Shown here piece by piece: positions 20,204 to 30,055 of a stretch of DNA of 64,000 nt. The stretch is from Planctomycetota bacterium. GTDB lineage: Bacteria; Planctomycetota; UBA1135; UBA2386. The stretch is taken from contig JBKAGP010000001.1 in the NCBI GenBank assembly GCA_046290465.1, positions 1,088,001-1,152,000 on the forward strand. Direction: 5' to 3'. The notes under the pieces are model-generated. The model saw nothing but the letters and a program-made list of their open reading frames with translations, made no database searches and was not told where the DNA came from. Both the position numbers and the translations under genes were made by a program. Each line of letters starts with the position of its first letter. Position 1 is the first letter of the stretch.

Positions 20204-20527
20204 GAAACCCTTGGTGGCGGAGCTTTGGATGAGAGGCCGCGCTGCCGGCATCGGGAGAGCGACGCGCCTCGGCAGCTGGCTGCCCCGAACCAGCGGTCCT
20301 CGCGCCGATGTGTCACGGTGCAATCCCGATTTCTTCGGGCGGCCATCGGCCGTGGCTGCGCCGGCGATCGCGTCACGCAGCCGTAGCAACGTGTCGCACC
20401 CGCGGCACACCTCGCCGGCACGGCCGGCGACAACGTCGGTTGCGCGCCTGAGGATCGCGGCCGGCCGGCGCGCGCCGCGGCGTGCACCGGCCGGTTCCGG
20501 CACGCAGGTTGCTTTGCGAAGCCTCAC

Positions 20528-20917
20528 ATGCCGACCTCCCACCACTCCGACGGGGCCTCGCCGCTGCGGGTGCTGCTCGTCGAGGACGAGCCGTCGATCG
20601 CGATCACGCTGCGCGACGACCTGGCCGAACACGGCTACCAGGTCACGCTCGAACGCGACGGCCACGCGGCGCGCGAACGGCTGTGCGAGCAGCGCTTCGA
20701 CGCCGCGATCAGCGACTGGCGGCTGCCGGGCGCGAGCGGACTCGATGTGCTGCACGATGCCCGGCGGCACGCGCCCGACATGCCGCTGCTGCTGATGACC
20801 GCACACACAACGCGCCGCTGCGGCGACCAGCTGCACGCGCTCGGCGCCGCCCTGCTGGTCAAACCGTTCGCCAACGGCGCGGTCGTTGCGTGGCTACGCC
20901 GTCACGCCGGCCGTTGA
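20528..20917 (+). CDS. Single-domain response regulator
   Basis: VLLVEDE, ISDWRLPG, MTAH, LVKPF. Confidence 0.88.
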   Translation: MPTSHHSDGASPLRVLLVEDEPSIAITLRDDLAEHGYQVTLERDGHAARERLCEQRFDAAISDWRLPGASGLDVLHDARRHAPDMPLLLMTAHTTRRCGDQLHALGAALLVKPFANGAVVAWLRRHAGR

Positions 20918-20969
20918 CCGAAGAAGGTCGCATGGCGGAGCCATGCGGCGACCCCATACGCTCTGGATC

Positions 20970-21425
20970 ATGCACACCGTTGCCATCGCCTCCGTCCTCG
21001 CCCTCACCCTGCTGTTCGCCGGCTGCCAGTCGACCGACTGCTGCAGCGCACCGGCGGCCGCCGTCGCCGAAGTCGCCGCCGCCAACGCCGACGTGACCCG
21101 CCTGTCGCTGCACTGCCGGCAGGACGACGGCTCGGTCCAGTGCTGCGCCAGCACCGATGCGGCGCGCGTCGGCACCGCATCGGCACCGGAGGACCTGCGC
21201 GTGATGGCAGCCGGCGAGACCGTCGTGCTCGACGAGGACGGCGCCTTCGACGTCACGGTGCCGTTGCTCGAGACCGACGGCAAGTGGACCACGGTCTGCG
21301 GCGTCACCGTGCGCGGCGACGGCATCAGCCGCGAGCAGGCCATCGCGCGGGCCAACGAGGTCGCCGCCGCGGTCGGCACAGCGCTCGGCGGCACCTGCTG
21401 CAACGGCGGCGCGTGCTGCAAGTAG
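20970..21425 (+). CDS. Small Cys-rich lipoprotein with Cache/PAS-like core
   Basis: Lipobox LFAGC; ASTD..RVG ... FDVTVPL..TDGK..VCGVTV resembles a Cache fold; CC pairs at both ends. Confidence 0.6.
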   Translation: MHTVAIASVLALTLLFAGCQSTDCCSAPAAAVAEVAAANADVTRLSLHCRQDDGSVQCCASTDAARVGTASAPEDLRVMAAGETVVLDEDGAFDVTVPLLETDGKWTTVCGVTVRGDGISREQAIARANEVAAAVGTALGGTCCNGGACCK

Positions 21426-21460
21426 CCGCCGGCGATCCCCGGCCGTTCCGGGCCGGCTAG

Positions 21461-22684
21461 CTAGTCGATGCCGAGCCTCTCGCGCAGCGCGTCCGGGATC
21501 GCGTCCTTGTGCACGCCCCAGCTGAGCGTCTTGTACTGCACGAACGCCTTCGACGCGAAGAAGTGGCCGTCGAACTTGTTGTAGTCGCCCCACGAGTTCT
21601 TGACGCGGAAGTAGGGCGTGCCGTTCTGGTCCTTGGCGAGGCCGGTGATCACCATGCCGTGGTCGTCGGTGGTCTCGTAGTTGTCGAACGCCAGCTGGCG
21701 CATCTCCTGCGTGATCGCCTTCTCCGGCATCGGCCGCGCGAAGCTGTACAGCAGCCGGTCGCGCTCGGCCTTGTCCATCTTCTCCCACTTCAGGCGCTCG
21801 GAGCCGGCCATCTCGGCGATGTCGTTCTGCGGCACGACCGCGACGCCGTGCTTGCTGGCGAAGCCCTTCTCGCTGACGTCGCTCGCCCAGACCACCGAGT
21901 AGCCGTTCTTGACCGAGTGCTCGATCATCTCGGTCATCGCCGCCAGCGGCACGTTCCAGTAGCGCGTCCAGGTCCAGTTGTCCGGCACCTCGAGCACGAA
22001 CGGCTGGTAGAACGGATGGTGCGTGAACGAGCTGAAGAACACGTAGTCGGCGGGGTTCACGCCGACGACCTGATCGGCGAACGAGCGCGGCGTATAGCTG
22101 CGCCCCTTCCACTCGAACGACGCCGGCACCGGTCCCAGGTAGGCGTCGAGGATGCCTTGGAAGCCGCGGAACCACGCCGTCGACAGCTTGCGGTTCTTGT
22201 TCTTGATGACGCCGTCGAGGTAGGCCTTCAGCACCTCGTCGAGTTCGCCGTGAGTGTGCACGTCGGTGCCGTAGTCGAGCCCCTGGTAGGCGCTCTCCGG
22301 CATCGCACCGTACTTGGCGAGCACGTCGAACGTGTCGTTGACGGCGCCGCCGCCGCCGAAGTTGCACGAGCCGTGCATGCGCACGTAGCGGCGGGCCTTC
22401 TCCTCGTAGCTCATCCGCACCACGAACATCTCCGACAGGTTCACCGGCGGCTTGCCCATGCGCAGCATCTCGGCCTCGACCATGCCACCCGATGCGTAGC
22501 TCCAGCAGGTGCCGGCGCGCTGCTGGTTGGCGACCGGCGTCGCCAGCGTGTCGTGCTCCACCGTGAAGCGGTAGCCGGCTGGCTGGTCGGCCTGCTGGCC
22601 GGTCTGCTGCGCGACGGCCGTGGAGAAGGTCAGGGGAGCGAGCAGCAGGCAGCTCACGAACAGCTTGGTCGGGATCTCTCTCAT
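21461..22684 (-). CDS. Secreted C1B cysteine aminopeptidase (aminopeptidase C/bleomycin hydrolase-like)
   Basis: NQQRAGTCWSY (Gln, Cys), DDHGM (His), VKNSWG (Asn); signal peptide. Confidence 0.92.
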   Translation of the reverse strand: MREIPTKLFVSCLLLAPLTFSTAVAQQTGQQADQPAGYRFTVEHDTLATPVANQQRAGTCWSYASGGMVEAEMLRMGKPPVNLSEMFVVRMSYEEKARRYVRMHGSCNFGGGGAVNDTFDVLAKYGAMPESAYQGLDYGTDVHTHGELDEVLKAYLDGVIKNKNRKLSTAWFRGFQGILDAYLGPVPASFEWKGRSYTPRSFADQVVGVNPADYVFFSSFTHHPFYQPFVLEVPDNWTWTRYWNVPLAAMTEMIEHSVKNGYSVVWASDVSEKGFASKHGVAVVPQNDIAEMAGSERLKWEKMDKAERDRLLYSFARPMPEKAITQEMRQLAFDNYETTDDHGMVITGLAKDQNGTPYFRVKNSWGDYNKFDGHFFASKAFVQYKTLSWGVHKDAIPDALRERLGID

Positions 22685-22842
22685 GGTGCGATCCGGCCTC
22701 GTCGCCGGCGCGTTCGTCGGAAGGGGTCTGGCGCGGGCCGCAGGGGCTCGCGGTTCGGTTGGCACGGCCCCGAGTACACGCGCCACCCACGCCCCGTGCA
22801 AGCCCAATGCCGCTGCGAACCCACCGCAGCCCGCCGCCCGCC

Positions 22843-24054
22843 TCAGCGTCGGCCGTGGCGCCGCATGTAGTCGCGCATGCCGTCGTCGAGCTCGGTCTGC
22901 GGCACCTGGCCGAACAGCAGCAGAGCCGCCTCGATCATGCCGTGCCCCATCGCCGGCAGCATGCGCTCGTTGATCTCGAACAGGATCACGTCGTTGTCGA
23001 GCAACTCCTGGCGCAGGTCCCCGCTGGCCTGCCACGCCTTTGCGCGCTTCGGCTGCTTCTTACCGTCGATGTAGTCGTGCCGCGTGTAGAGGTAGTAGAG
23101 GTAGGACAACGGCACCGCGATGTCGTGCTGGCTCAGCATGTCCATCAATCCCCAGCCGAAGCTGGTGCCCTCGGCGAGGATCCGCAGCGGCCGGCCGGTG
23201 TCGCCGTCGCGAACCTCGATGCGCGGGATCGGGGTCGGCTCGAAGTAGCGCAGTTCGTCGAACACGTTGGCCATCGCCGCGAGGTCGTTCTCCATGCCTT
23301 GCGGTCGCTCGCTGTAGCCGTCGACGTGGATCGTGCACGACCGCGCCGGCACGCCCTCGGCGCGCAGCCGATCGAGCAGCAGGCGCGCCGTCTCGGCGCT
23401 CGCATAGGCCGACCAGTGGGCACCACCGCGCGCGAACAGCGGAAACGTGCGCCCTTCCTGCCGCCACTGCCGGAACCGCGACGGCCCGTCGATCCACGCC
23501 ACCCCCGACTCGCGCAAGAACGGCGCCACGAACTCGTAGTAGGTCGGCAGCGTGGTGTCGCGCACGACCGCTTGCTGGTCCGCCGGCAGATGCTCGGCGA
23601 ACAGCCGCGTCTTGCTCGGCGACACGACCAGCATCACCTGCACGCCGTGCTCGGCCAGCAGCGCCTGCATGCGGCTCAGGTTGCGCACACGCAGCAGCAG
23701 CGCCTTCTGCTTCTCGTCGACCGCGAGGTCGCAGCCGGGCAGGTAGTCGCCGGCGAACAGCCACCCGTCCGAGCCGCGCACGACCGGCCGTCGGGTCTCG
23801 CCGAACAGCCATTCGCGCAGCTGGTTGTCGACGCGGATCATCCAACCGCGCAGGCCGAGGTGGCTCTCGAACCAACCGCCCATCGCCGCCGGCAGCCGGC
23901 CGTCGTGCCAGGCCGCGACCGAGGCCTCGAGCGGCGGCGGCGGGTCCTCGACGCCGCCCAGCTTGCGCTCCGGCACCAGGCCGGTCAGCGTCTGCAGCAG
24001 CGGCAGGCTCAGCACGCCGACGAAGGCGATCGAATGCAAAAGGCGGCGCTTCAT
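22843..24054 (-). CDS. AlgJ/AlgX-like SGNH-fold O-acetyltransferase
   Basis: N-terminal anchor, W..G......WF..H.GLR, V.GSDGWLF, V.PSK, HWS, GTSF. Confidence 0.8.
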   Translation of the reverse strand: MKRRLLHSIAFVGVLSLPLLQTLTGLVPERKLGGVEDPPPPLEASVAAWHDGRLPAAMGGWFESHLGLRGWMIRVDNQLREWLFGETRRPVVRGSDGWLFAGDYLPGCDLAVDEKQKALLLRVRNLSRMQALLAEHGVQVMLVVSPSKTRLFAEHLPADQQAVVRDTTLPTYYEFVAPFLRESGVAWIDGPSRFRQWRQEGRTFPLFARGGAHWSAYASAETARLLLDRLRAEGVPARSCTIHVDGYSERPQGMENDLAAMANVFDELRYFEPTPIPRIEVRDGDTGRPLRILAEGTSFGWGLMDMLSQHDIAVPLSYLYYLYTRHDYIDGKKQPKRAKAWQASGDLRQELLDNDVILFEINERMLPAMGHGMIEAALLLFGQVPQTELDDGMRDYMRRHGRR

Positions 24055-24095
24055 GTCGCGGCAGTTCGAAGACCAATCTAGGGTTGCTCGCCCTC

Positions 24096-25529
24096 GTGGT
24101 CTTCAGCTCGGTCGTGTTCCTGTTCGCGTTCCTGCCGGTGTTCCTGGCCGGCTACTACGCGACCCCGGACCGCTTCAAGAACGGCTGGGCGCTGCTCGGC
24201 AGCGCAGCGTTCTACGCCTATGGCGCGCCGATCTTCGTCTACCTGCTGGTCGGTAGTGCGGCCGTCGACTGGTGGCTCAGCCATCGCATCACCCAAAGCC
24301 GCACGCCGCGCGGCCGCCGCCTGTGGCTGTGGCTGAGCCTGCTGCAGAACCTGGGCCTGCTCGGCTACTTCAAGTACGCGAACTTCTTCGTCGCGCAGGC
24401 CAACCGGGCGCTCGTCGAACTCGGCGCCGAGCCGATGCCGTGGGTCGACGTCGCGCTGCCGATCGGCATCAGCTTCTTCGTGTTCCAGAAGATCAGCTAC
24501 ACGGCCGACGTCTACCGGGGCACCAGCGAACCGGCACGCAACCTGCTCGACTGCGTGCTCTACGTGGCGCTGTTCCCGCAACTGATCGCCGGGCCGATCG
24601 TGCGCTACCACGACATCGATCGGCAACTGCGCCATCGCGCCCACTCCGCCGAGCGCTTCTGGAGCGGCGTCGAACGGTTCACGCTCGGCCTGTTCAAGAA
24701 GGCGGTGATCGCCAACGGCATGGCCGCGCTCGCCGATCCCGTCTACGGCCAGCCGCTGGCCGCGGTCGCGACCGAGCACGCCTGGATCGCGATCACCGCG
24801 TACTACTTCCAGATCTACTTCGACTTCTCCGGCTACTCCGACATGGCGATCGGACTCGGCCGCATGATGGGCTTCACGTTCCTCGAGAACTTCGACCGGC
24901 CGTACCTCGCGCGCACGTTCACCGAGTTCTGGCGGCGCTGGCACATCTCGCTGTCGAACTTCATGCGCGAGTACGTCTACATCCCGCTCGGCGGCAACCG
25001 CCGCAGCCCGGCGCGCGCCTACGCCAACCTGTGGATCGTGTTCCTGCTGTCGGGGCTGTGGCACGGCGCCGACTGGACGTTCGTGATCTGGGGTGCGTGG
25101 CAGGGCGTGTTCCTGACGCTCGACAAGCTGTTCCTGCTGCGCCTTGCCGAGCGCGTCCCGGACCTGCTGCTGCGGCTGGTGATGGTACCGGCGGTGATGC
25201 TGTCGTGGGTCGTGTTCCGCGCCGACGACCTGCCGCACGCGCTCGGCATGTTGGCGCGGCTGTTCGGCGGCGGACCGATCGCCGCCGACTCGCCGCTGAG
25301 CCACGAGCTGCCGTGGGACAACACGAGCAGGTTCCTGCTGCTGCTGGCGGCGGTGCTGTGCTTCTTGCCGTGGTCGCGGCGCTACCGCGAGGGCGAACGT
25401 CGCGTCGACGCGTGGTCGCGCGGGCCCGGCCAATGGGCGCGGCTGCTGGTGGTCTGGGCGGGCCTGCTGGTGGCGCTGTTGGCGGTGACCGGATCGCAGC
25501 ACAATCCGTTCATCTACTTCCGGTTCTGA
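24096..25529 (+). CDS. algI: MBOAT O-acyltransferase, AlgI/DltB/PatA family
   Basis: GTG start (V)VFSSVVFLFAFLP; FKYANF, LPIGISFF, FPQLIAGPIVRY, QIYFDFSGYSDMAIG, FWRRWHISL, GLWHGA, NPFIYFRF. Confidence 0.93.
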   Translation: MVFSSVVFLFAFLPVFLAGYYATPDRFKNGWALLGSAAFYAYGAPIFVYLLVGSAAVDWWLSHRITQSRTPRGRRLWLWLSLLQNLGLLGYFKYANFFVAQANRALVELGAEPMPWVDVALPIGISFFVFQKISYTADVYRGTSEPARNLLDCVLYVALFPQLIAGPIVRYHDIDRQLRHRAHSAERFWSGVERFTLGLFKKAVIANGMAALADPVYGQPLAAVATEHAWIAITAYYFQIYFDFSGYSDMAIGLGRMMGFTFLENFDRPYLARTFTEFWRRWHISLSNFMREYVYIPLGGNRRSPARAYANLWIVFLLSGLWHGADWTFVIWGAWQGVFLTLDKLFLLRLAERVPDLLLRLVMVPAVMLSWVVFRADDLPHALGMLARLFGGGPIAADSPLSHELPWDNTSRFLLLLAAVLCFLPWSRRYREGERRVDAWSRGPGQWARLLVVWAGLLVALLAVTGSQHNPFIYFRF

Positions 25530-25649
25530 GCTGGGCTTGCCGACGACGTCGGCGCACGCCGCTTCCCCGACCGCTCGCTTGCACGCCGAGGCAGACCTCG
25601 GGTACCGTCCGCCGCCCTCACCCGCCACCACCGCCTCGCCCCCAACACC

Positions 25650-26324
25650 ATGAGCGACAAGAAGCCCGGACTGCTGTCCCTGGCCCTGATCCCCGCCGTC
25701 CTGACCCTCGGTGTCTCCATCCTCCGCCTGGTCGGCGAACTGCAGGGATGGGATCCGCTGTGGTTCGACAACCACGCACCGCAGCACGAGGACCAGCAGC
25801 TCGGCCTGGTCGGGATCTCGTGGCTGGTGCCGATCTTCGGCCTCTACTTCGGCGTGCGCCTGCGACGACTGCACGGCCAGCCGGCCCGACCCGGCAAGGC
25901 GGCGCTGCTGCTGCTGATCGGCGGCGTGGTGATGGCGGGCGGCTTCTTCGCGCTGATCCAGGCGGGCCTGATCAGCATGCCCGATGCCGACAACCCGCAG
26001 CCGCCGTCAGGCCTGCCGTACATCCTCGGCGTGACCGGCGTGTCGCTGTTGATCATGCTGATCGGCGCCGGCCGCCTGGCGATGCTGCTGCTCGTCTACG
26101 GCCTGCTCGCGCGTCTGCCGGTGGTCGCGATCACGTGGTTCGCGGTGCAGAACCCAGACTGGGACGTTCACCACTCCAAGCTGCCGGTCGGCGTGGTGCT
26201 GCCGGAGGGCGCGTCGCCGCTGCCGTTCTTGATCACGCCGCAGCTGACGGTCTGGATCGCGTTCACGATGATGGTCGGCGGCCTGTTCGGCTGCCTCGGC
26301 GCCACCATGAGCAAGAGCAAGTAG
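25650..26324 (+). CDS. Hypothetical integral membrane protein (~6 TM)
   Basis: Six hydrophobic segments, good codon bias. Confidence 0.7.
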   Translation: MSDKKPGLLSLALIPAVLTLGVSILRLVGELQGWDPLWFDNHAPQHEDQQLGLVGISWLVPIFGLYFGVRLRRLHGQPARPGKAALLLLIGGVVMAGGFFALIQAGLISMPDADNPQPPSGLPYILGVTGVSLLIMLIGAGRLAMLLLVYGLLARLPVVAITWFAVQNPDWDVHHSKLPVGVVLPEGASPLPFLITPQLTVWIAFTMMVGGLFGCLGATMSKSK

Positions 26325-26328
26325 CCAG

Positions 26329-27624
26329 ATGCTGCGCCGCGCCGTCGTGCTGTCGCTGGCCTGGCTGGCCTCGCCTTCGTTCCTGCCTGGGCAGACCGAC
26401 CTCCCTGGGCAAGCTGACCTCCCCGCGAAGGGCGCGCCGGCCGCCGCGACCCGGGAAGGGCAACCAGACCCGCGCCGCGAGGAACTGCGCCAGAGGCTCG
26501 CCGCGTTCTGCGAGCGCACCGGGACGCCTGGCGCGACCGCCGCGGTGGCGCTGCCCGACGGCCGCGTGTTCGCGGTCGCCGCCGGCGTGCGCGAGTCCGG
26601 TCGGGATCCGGTGATGCAGCAGGACGACCGGATGTTTTGCGGCAGCATCGGCAAGACCTGGTTTGCCGAGGTCGCGCTCGACCTGGTCGCGGCCGACAAG
26701 CTGTCGCTCGACGATGCGATCGCCGACCACCTCGGCGACGAGCCGTGGTTCGCACGCCTGCCCAACCACGAGGCCATCACCGTGCGCAACCTGATGCGTC
26801 ACGACAGCGGGCTGCCGCGATGGATCGAGATGCCGGGCGCGCTCGCCGAGATGGCGAAGCCCGACCGCCGGTGGCGCAACGGCGAACAGGTGTCGTTCGT
26901 GCTCGACAAGCCGCCGGTGCACCCGGCGGGCCAGGGTTGGGCCTACTCCGACACCAACTACATCGTGCTCGGCCTGATCGTCGAGAAGGTCACCGGCGAG
27001 CCGATCTACGCCACCGTGCAGAAGACCGTGCTGGACCGGTACGAGCTGCGCGACACCGTGCCCGGCAACCGGCGCAGCATCGACCGGCTGGTGCAGGGCC
27101 ACGCGCGCATGTTCCACCGCTTCGGGTTTCCGGAGCGTTCGCTCGACGTCAGCCGGCAGCCCGCCCGGCTGCGCTTCGACCCGTCGTCGGAATGGTGCGG
27201 CGGCGGCATCGTCACGACCGCTGGCGACCTCGCCCGCTGGGCACGGATCTTCGGCCGTCAGCCGCGCCGGAACCGCGATGGCGTCCGCGCCAAGGCGCTC
27301 GGCGGCGACACCCGCTACGGCCTCGGCGTGATGCTGCGCGACGGCGCGCTCGGTCCGACGCGCGGACACGACGGCGTGTTCATCGGCTACAGCGCCACGA
27401 TGGTGTGGTTCGAGCGGCACGACCTCGGCATCGCCGTGCTGTGCAACTGCGACACGGCCGGCGCCGGTCTGCAGCCGCTGGCGCTCGAGTTGGCCAAGGT
27501 GGCGTTGGGCGGTGGGACGTCGGGCAGCGGGTCCCCAGAAAGTGGGTCGACTGGCAGCGGGTCGACTGGCAGCGGGTCGACTGGCGGCCGATCGACTGGC
27601 AACGAAGCGCGGACCGGCAAGTGA
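26329..27624 (+). CDS. Secreted serine hydrolase, beta-lactamase class C/PBP-like family
   Basis: GSIGK (SxxK), LMRHDSG, YSDTNY, GGIVTT..DL, GHDG; signal peptide. Confidence 0.9.
   Translation: MLRRAVVLSLAWLASPSFLPGQTDLPGQADLPAKGAPAAATREGQPDPRREELRQRLAAFCERTGTPGATAAVALPDGRVFAVAAGVRESGRDPVMQQDDRMFCGSIGKTWFAEVALDLVAADKLSLDDAIADHLGDEPWFARLPNHEAITVRNLMRHDSGLPRWIEMPGALAEMAKPDRRWRNGEQVSFVLDKPPVHPAGQGWAYSDTNYIVLGLIVEKVTGEPIYATVQKTVLDRYELRDTVPGNRRSIDRLVQGHARMFHRFGFPERSLDVSRQPARLRFDPSSEWCGGGIVTTAGDLARWARIFGRQPRRNRDGVRAKALGGDTRYGLGVMLRDGALGPTRGHDGVFIGYSATMVWFERHDLGIAVLCNCDTAGAGLQPLALELAKVALGGGTSGSGSPESGSTGSGSTGSGSTGGRSTGNEARTGK
27543..27600 (+). repeat. 15-bp in-frame tandem repeat encoding GSTGS
   Basis: gggtcgactggcagc, about 4 imperfect copies in the 3' end of the serine hydrolase gene. 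Confidence 0.8.
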
Positions 27625-27637
27625 CGCCTGGCGCCGC

Positions 27638-28066
27638 TCAGGCCGAGCGCGGTCGGTGGGCCTTGGTCCAGTACGCGACCACGACCTCGAGCATGGCCTG
27701 CATCTCGTCCCACGTGACCGGCTTGACGAAGTACCCCGCCGCCCCGGCCGCGTAGCAGGCGCGGCAGTCGTCGTCCGAGGCCGAACTGGTCAGCACGACC
27801 GTTGGCGGCACCTGCCGGCCCTCGACCGTGCGCAGTTCGCGCAGCAGGTCGAGCCCGGAGCGACCGGGCATGTCGAGGTCGAGCAGGATGAAGTCCGGCG
27901 GCTCGGCCCCGGCGATCCTGGCCAGGGCCTCGTCGACGGAGTGCACGTCCAGCACCGAACCGGTGAACCCGACCGACTGCAGGCCGCGCCGGACCGCGAC
28001 CACGTCGACCGGCTCGTCCTCGACGATGAGGACACGGGGGGCGACAACCTCGGGGCTCTCGTTCAT
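27638..28066 (-). CDS. Single-domain response regulator (Rcp1-like)
   Basis: LIVEDE, ILLDLDMP, VLTSS..DD...CY..GA.GY.VKP; ATGA overlap with upstream kinase. Confidence 0.9.
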   Translation of the reverse strand: MNESPEVVAPRVLIVEDEPVDVVAVRRGLQSVGFTGSVLDVHSVDEALARIAGAEPPDFILLDLDMPGRSGLDLLRELRTVEGRQVPPTVVLTSSASDDDCRACYAAGAAGYFVKPVTWDEMQAMLEVVVAYWTKAHRPRSA

Positions 28067-29943
28067 GACCGTTCGCTTCGGCGGATGGTGAAGCTGAACC
28101 TGCACCCCTCGCCGGGCACCGACGCCAGGCGACAGACGCCTCCGTGGCGCTCCACCAACAACCGCACGATCGCCAATCCTACTCCGGTCGAATCCCCGGT
28201 GGAACCGGGCGCACGCTTGAACATCCGGAATACCTGCTCGTGGAAATGCGGGTCGATGCCGGGGCCGTTGTCGACGACGGCGACCTCGTACTCGTCGGCG
28301 CGCGCCTCGACCTCGACGCGGACCCGCGCGTCGTCGCCCCCACCGTGCTCGATCGCGTTGCCGATCAAGTTCATCAGGATCTTGACGAGGTGGTTGCGGT
28401 CGTAGACCACCATCGGGAGGTCGCCCGGGACCTGCAGCACCCCGTCGGCGACGTCGAGCAGGCCGCGAACCTCCGCCAGCGCCTCGGCCAGCGCCACCGG
28501 CTCCGACGTGCCCTCGTCACGATCCTCGCGCGCATAGGCGAGCGCGCCGCCGATCATGTCGTGCATCTTGCGGGTGCGGGCGCGCATCGTCGCGAGGTGC
28601 TCGCGCGACGTTTCCGGCAGCTCGTCGCCGAGGTCCTGCTCCAGCCACTCGGACACCATCGAGATCGTGCGCAGCGGCGCCTTCAGGTCGTGCGACACCA
28701 GGTAGGTGAACTCGTCGAGAGCGCGGTTGCGGGCCTCGAGCTGGTCGGCGTACTGGCGCAGCCGCAGCTCGGCGTCGCGGCGCTCGGTGTTGTCGGTGAC
28801 CGTGATGATGACGCCGCGCTCGCCGCCGAACCGGACCGGGTTGAGCCGGATCTCGACCGGCACCTCGCTGCCGTCGCGGCGCACCGCCGTCAGGTCGCGA
28901 GACGGCGCCATCTGCCGCACGCTCGACGCCGCGAAGTACTCGTCGCGCAGGTCCGCGTGCCGTCGGCGCAGCGGTTCGGGCACGAACCGGTCGACGTGCT
29001 GGCCGACCAGCTCCCCGTGCGCGTAGCCGAACAGGTCGGCCGCGTTCTGGTTGGCGAGGCGCACGTGGCCGGACTCGTCGACGACCATCATGCCCGACGG
29101 CGCCGACTCGACCGCGTGCTGGAACAACGCTTCGGACTCGGCCTGTTCGGATACGTCCATGACCACGCCGGTCATGCGGGTCGCGCGCCCCTGCTCGTCG
29201 CGGATCAGCGAGCAGCGCGACAGCGTGTGGCGCACGCTGCCGTCCGGCCGCTGGATGCGGAACCGCATCATCTGGGTGTCGGCCGAATCCATCGCCGCGG
29301 CGAGTTCGTCGCGCACCCGTTCGCGGTCGTCGACGTGCAGCCGTTCGAAGAACGCCGCGGAGGTCTCGGGTCGCTGGTCCGGCGACAGACCGAACAGCTC
29401 GCGGGTGCGCTCGTCCCAGGTCACCTCGTCCGGATCGAGACGCCAGTCCCACAGGCCGGCCCCGGACGCCTCGACGGCCAGCTGCAGCCGCGCACGCTCC
29501 TGTTCGAGTTCTTCGATCCGCTGCGAGCGGAGCTTGTGCTGCTCCTCGAGGTCGCTCAGCGCCTGACGGAAGCTCGGCAGCCGAACGGCACGCGACACGT
29601 AGCTGACCATCGCGACCATCGTCGCCAGCGAGATGATCGCGGTGACGACCTTTGCGAGTCCCGACAATCGATAGACCGGCCAGTAGAAGATGCCCGCCTC
29701 GATCAGGTGGGTGAAGCCGCACGACGCGATGAAGCAGATGAACAGCCAGAACACCCGCGGGAACGGCACGTCGCGCCGACGCAGCACGATGACCCCGAGA
29801 CCCAGGGGAATCCCCATGTACGACAGCCAGATCGTCAGGTCGGCGAGGATGTGCAGCCAACCCAGGAAGTCACTCCAGTTGCCGCAGTGCCAACGTGCCG
29901 GGAAGTCGTCAGTGTCGAACAGCTTCCAGAAGAACTCACCCAT
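28063..29943 (-). CDS. Sensor histidine kinase: ETR1-like ethylene-binding domain, 2 PAS, HisKA, HATPase
   Basis: ADLTIWLSYMGIP, FIASCGFTHL; PAS motifs; VSHDLKAPLR, NLIGNAI, DNGPGI, TGVGLAIV. Confidence 0.92.
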   Translation of the reverse strand: MGEFFWKLFDTDDFPARWHCGNWSDFLGWLHILADLTIWLSYMGIPLGLGVIVLRRRDVPFPRVFWLFICFIASCGFTHLIEAGIFYWPVYRLSGLAKVVTAIISLATMVAMVSYVSRAVRLPSFRQALSDLEEQHKLRSQRIEELEQERARLQLAVEASGAGLWDWRLDPDEVTWDERTRELFGLSPDQRPETSAAFFERLHVDDRERVRDELAAAMDSADTQMMRFRIQRPDGSVRHTLSRCSLIRDEQGRATRMTGVVMDVSEQAESEALFQHAVESAPSGMMVVDESGHVRLANQNAADLFGYAHGELVGQHVDRFVPEPLRRRHADLRDEYFAASSVRQMAPSRDLTAVRRDGSEVPVEIRLNPVRFGGERGVIITVTDNTERRDAELRLRQYADQLEARNRALDEFTYLVSHDLKAPLRTISMVSEWLEQDLGDELPETSREHLATMRARTRKMHDMIGGALAYAREDRDEGTSEPVALAEALAEVRGLLDVADGVLQVPGDLPMVVYDRNHLVKILMNLIGNAIEHGGGDDARVRVEVEARADEYEVAVVDNGPGIDPHFHEQVFRMFKRAPGSTGDSTGVGLAIVRLLVERHGGVCRLASVPGEGCRFSFTIRRSERS

Positions 29944-30055
29944 GGCACCTCTCCGCGCGGCTTCGCATTTGGGCCCCGTAGCCAGCGCTACTGCGTAAGG
30001 CTAGCATTCCGGAACGTCGGCGCCACTACGCGCCGCGGACACCCCAGGGGTCAAC

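Noticed and set aside
23040..24095. Long N-terminal extension of the MBOAT ORF
   Set aside because: Overlaps the AlgJ-like gene antisense; family N-terminus (M)VFSS begins at 24096
26329..27624. Antibiotic-resistance beta-lactamase
   Set aside because: Generic serine-hydrolase family motifs (HDG rather than KTG); no evidence for resistance function
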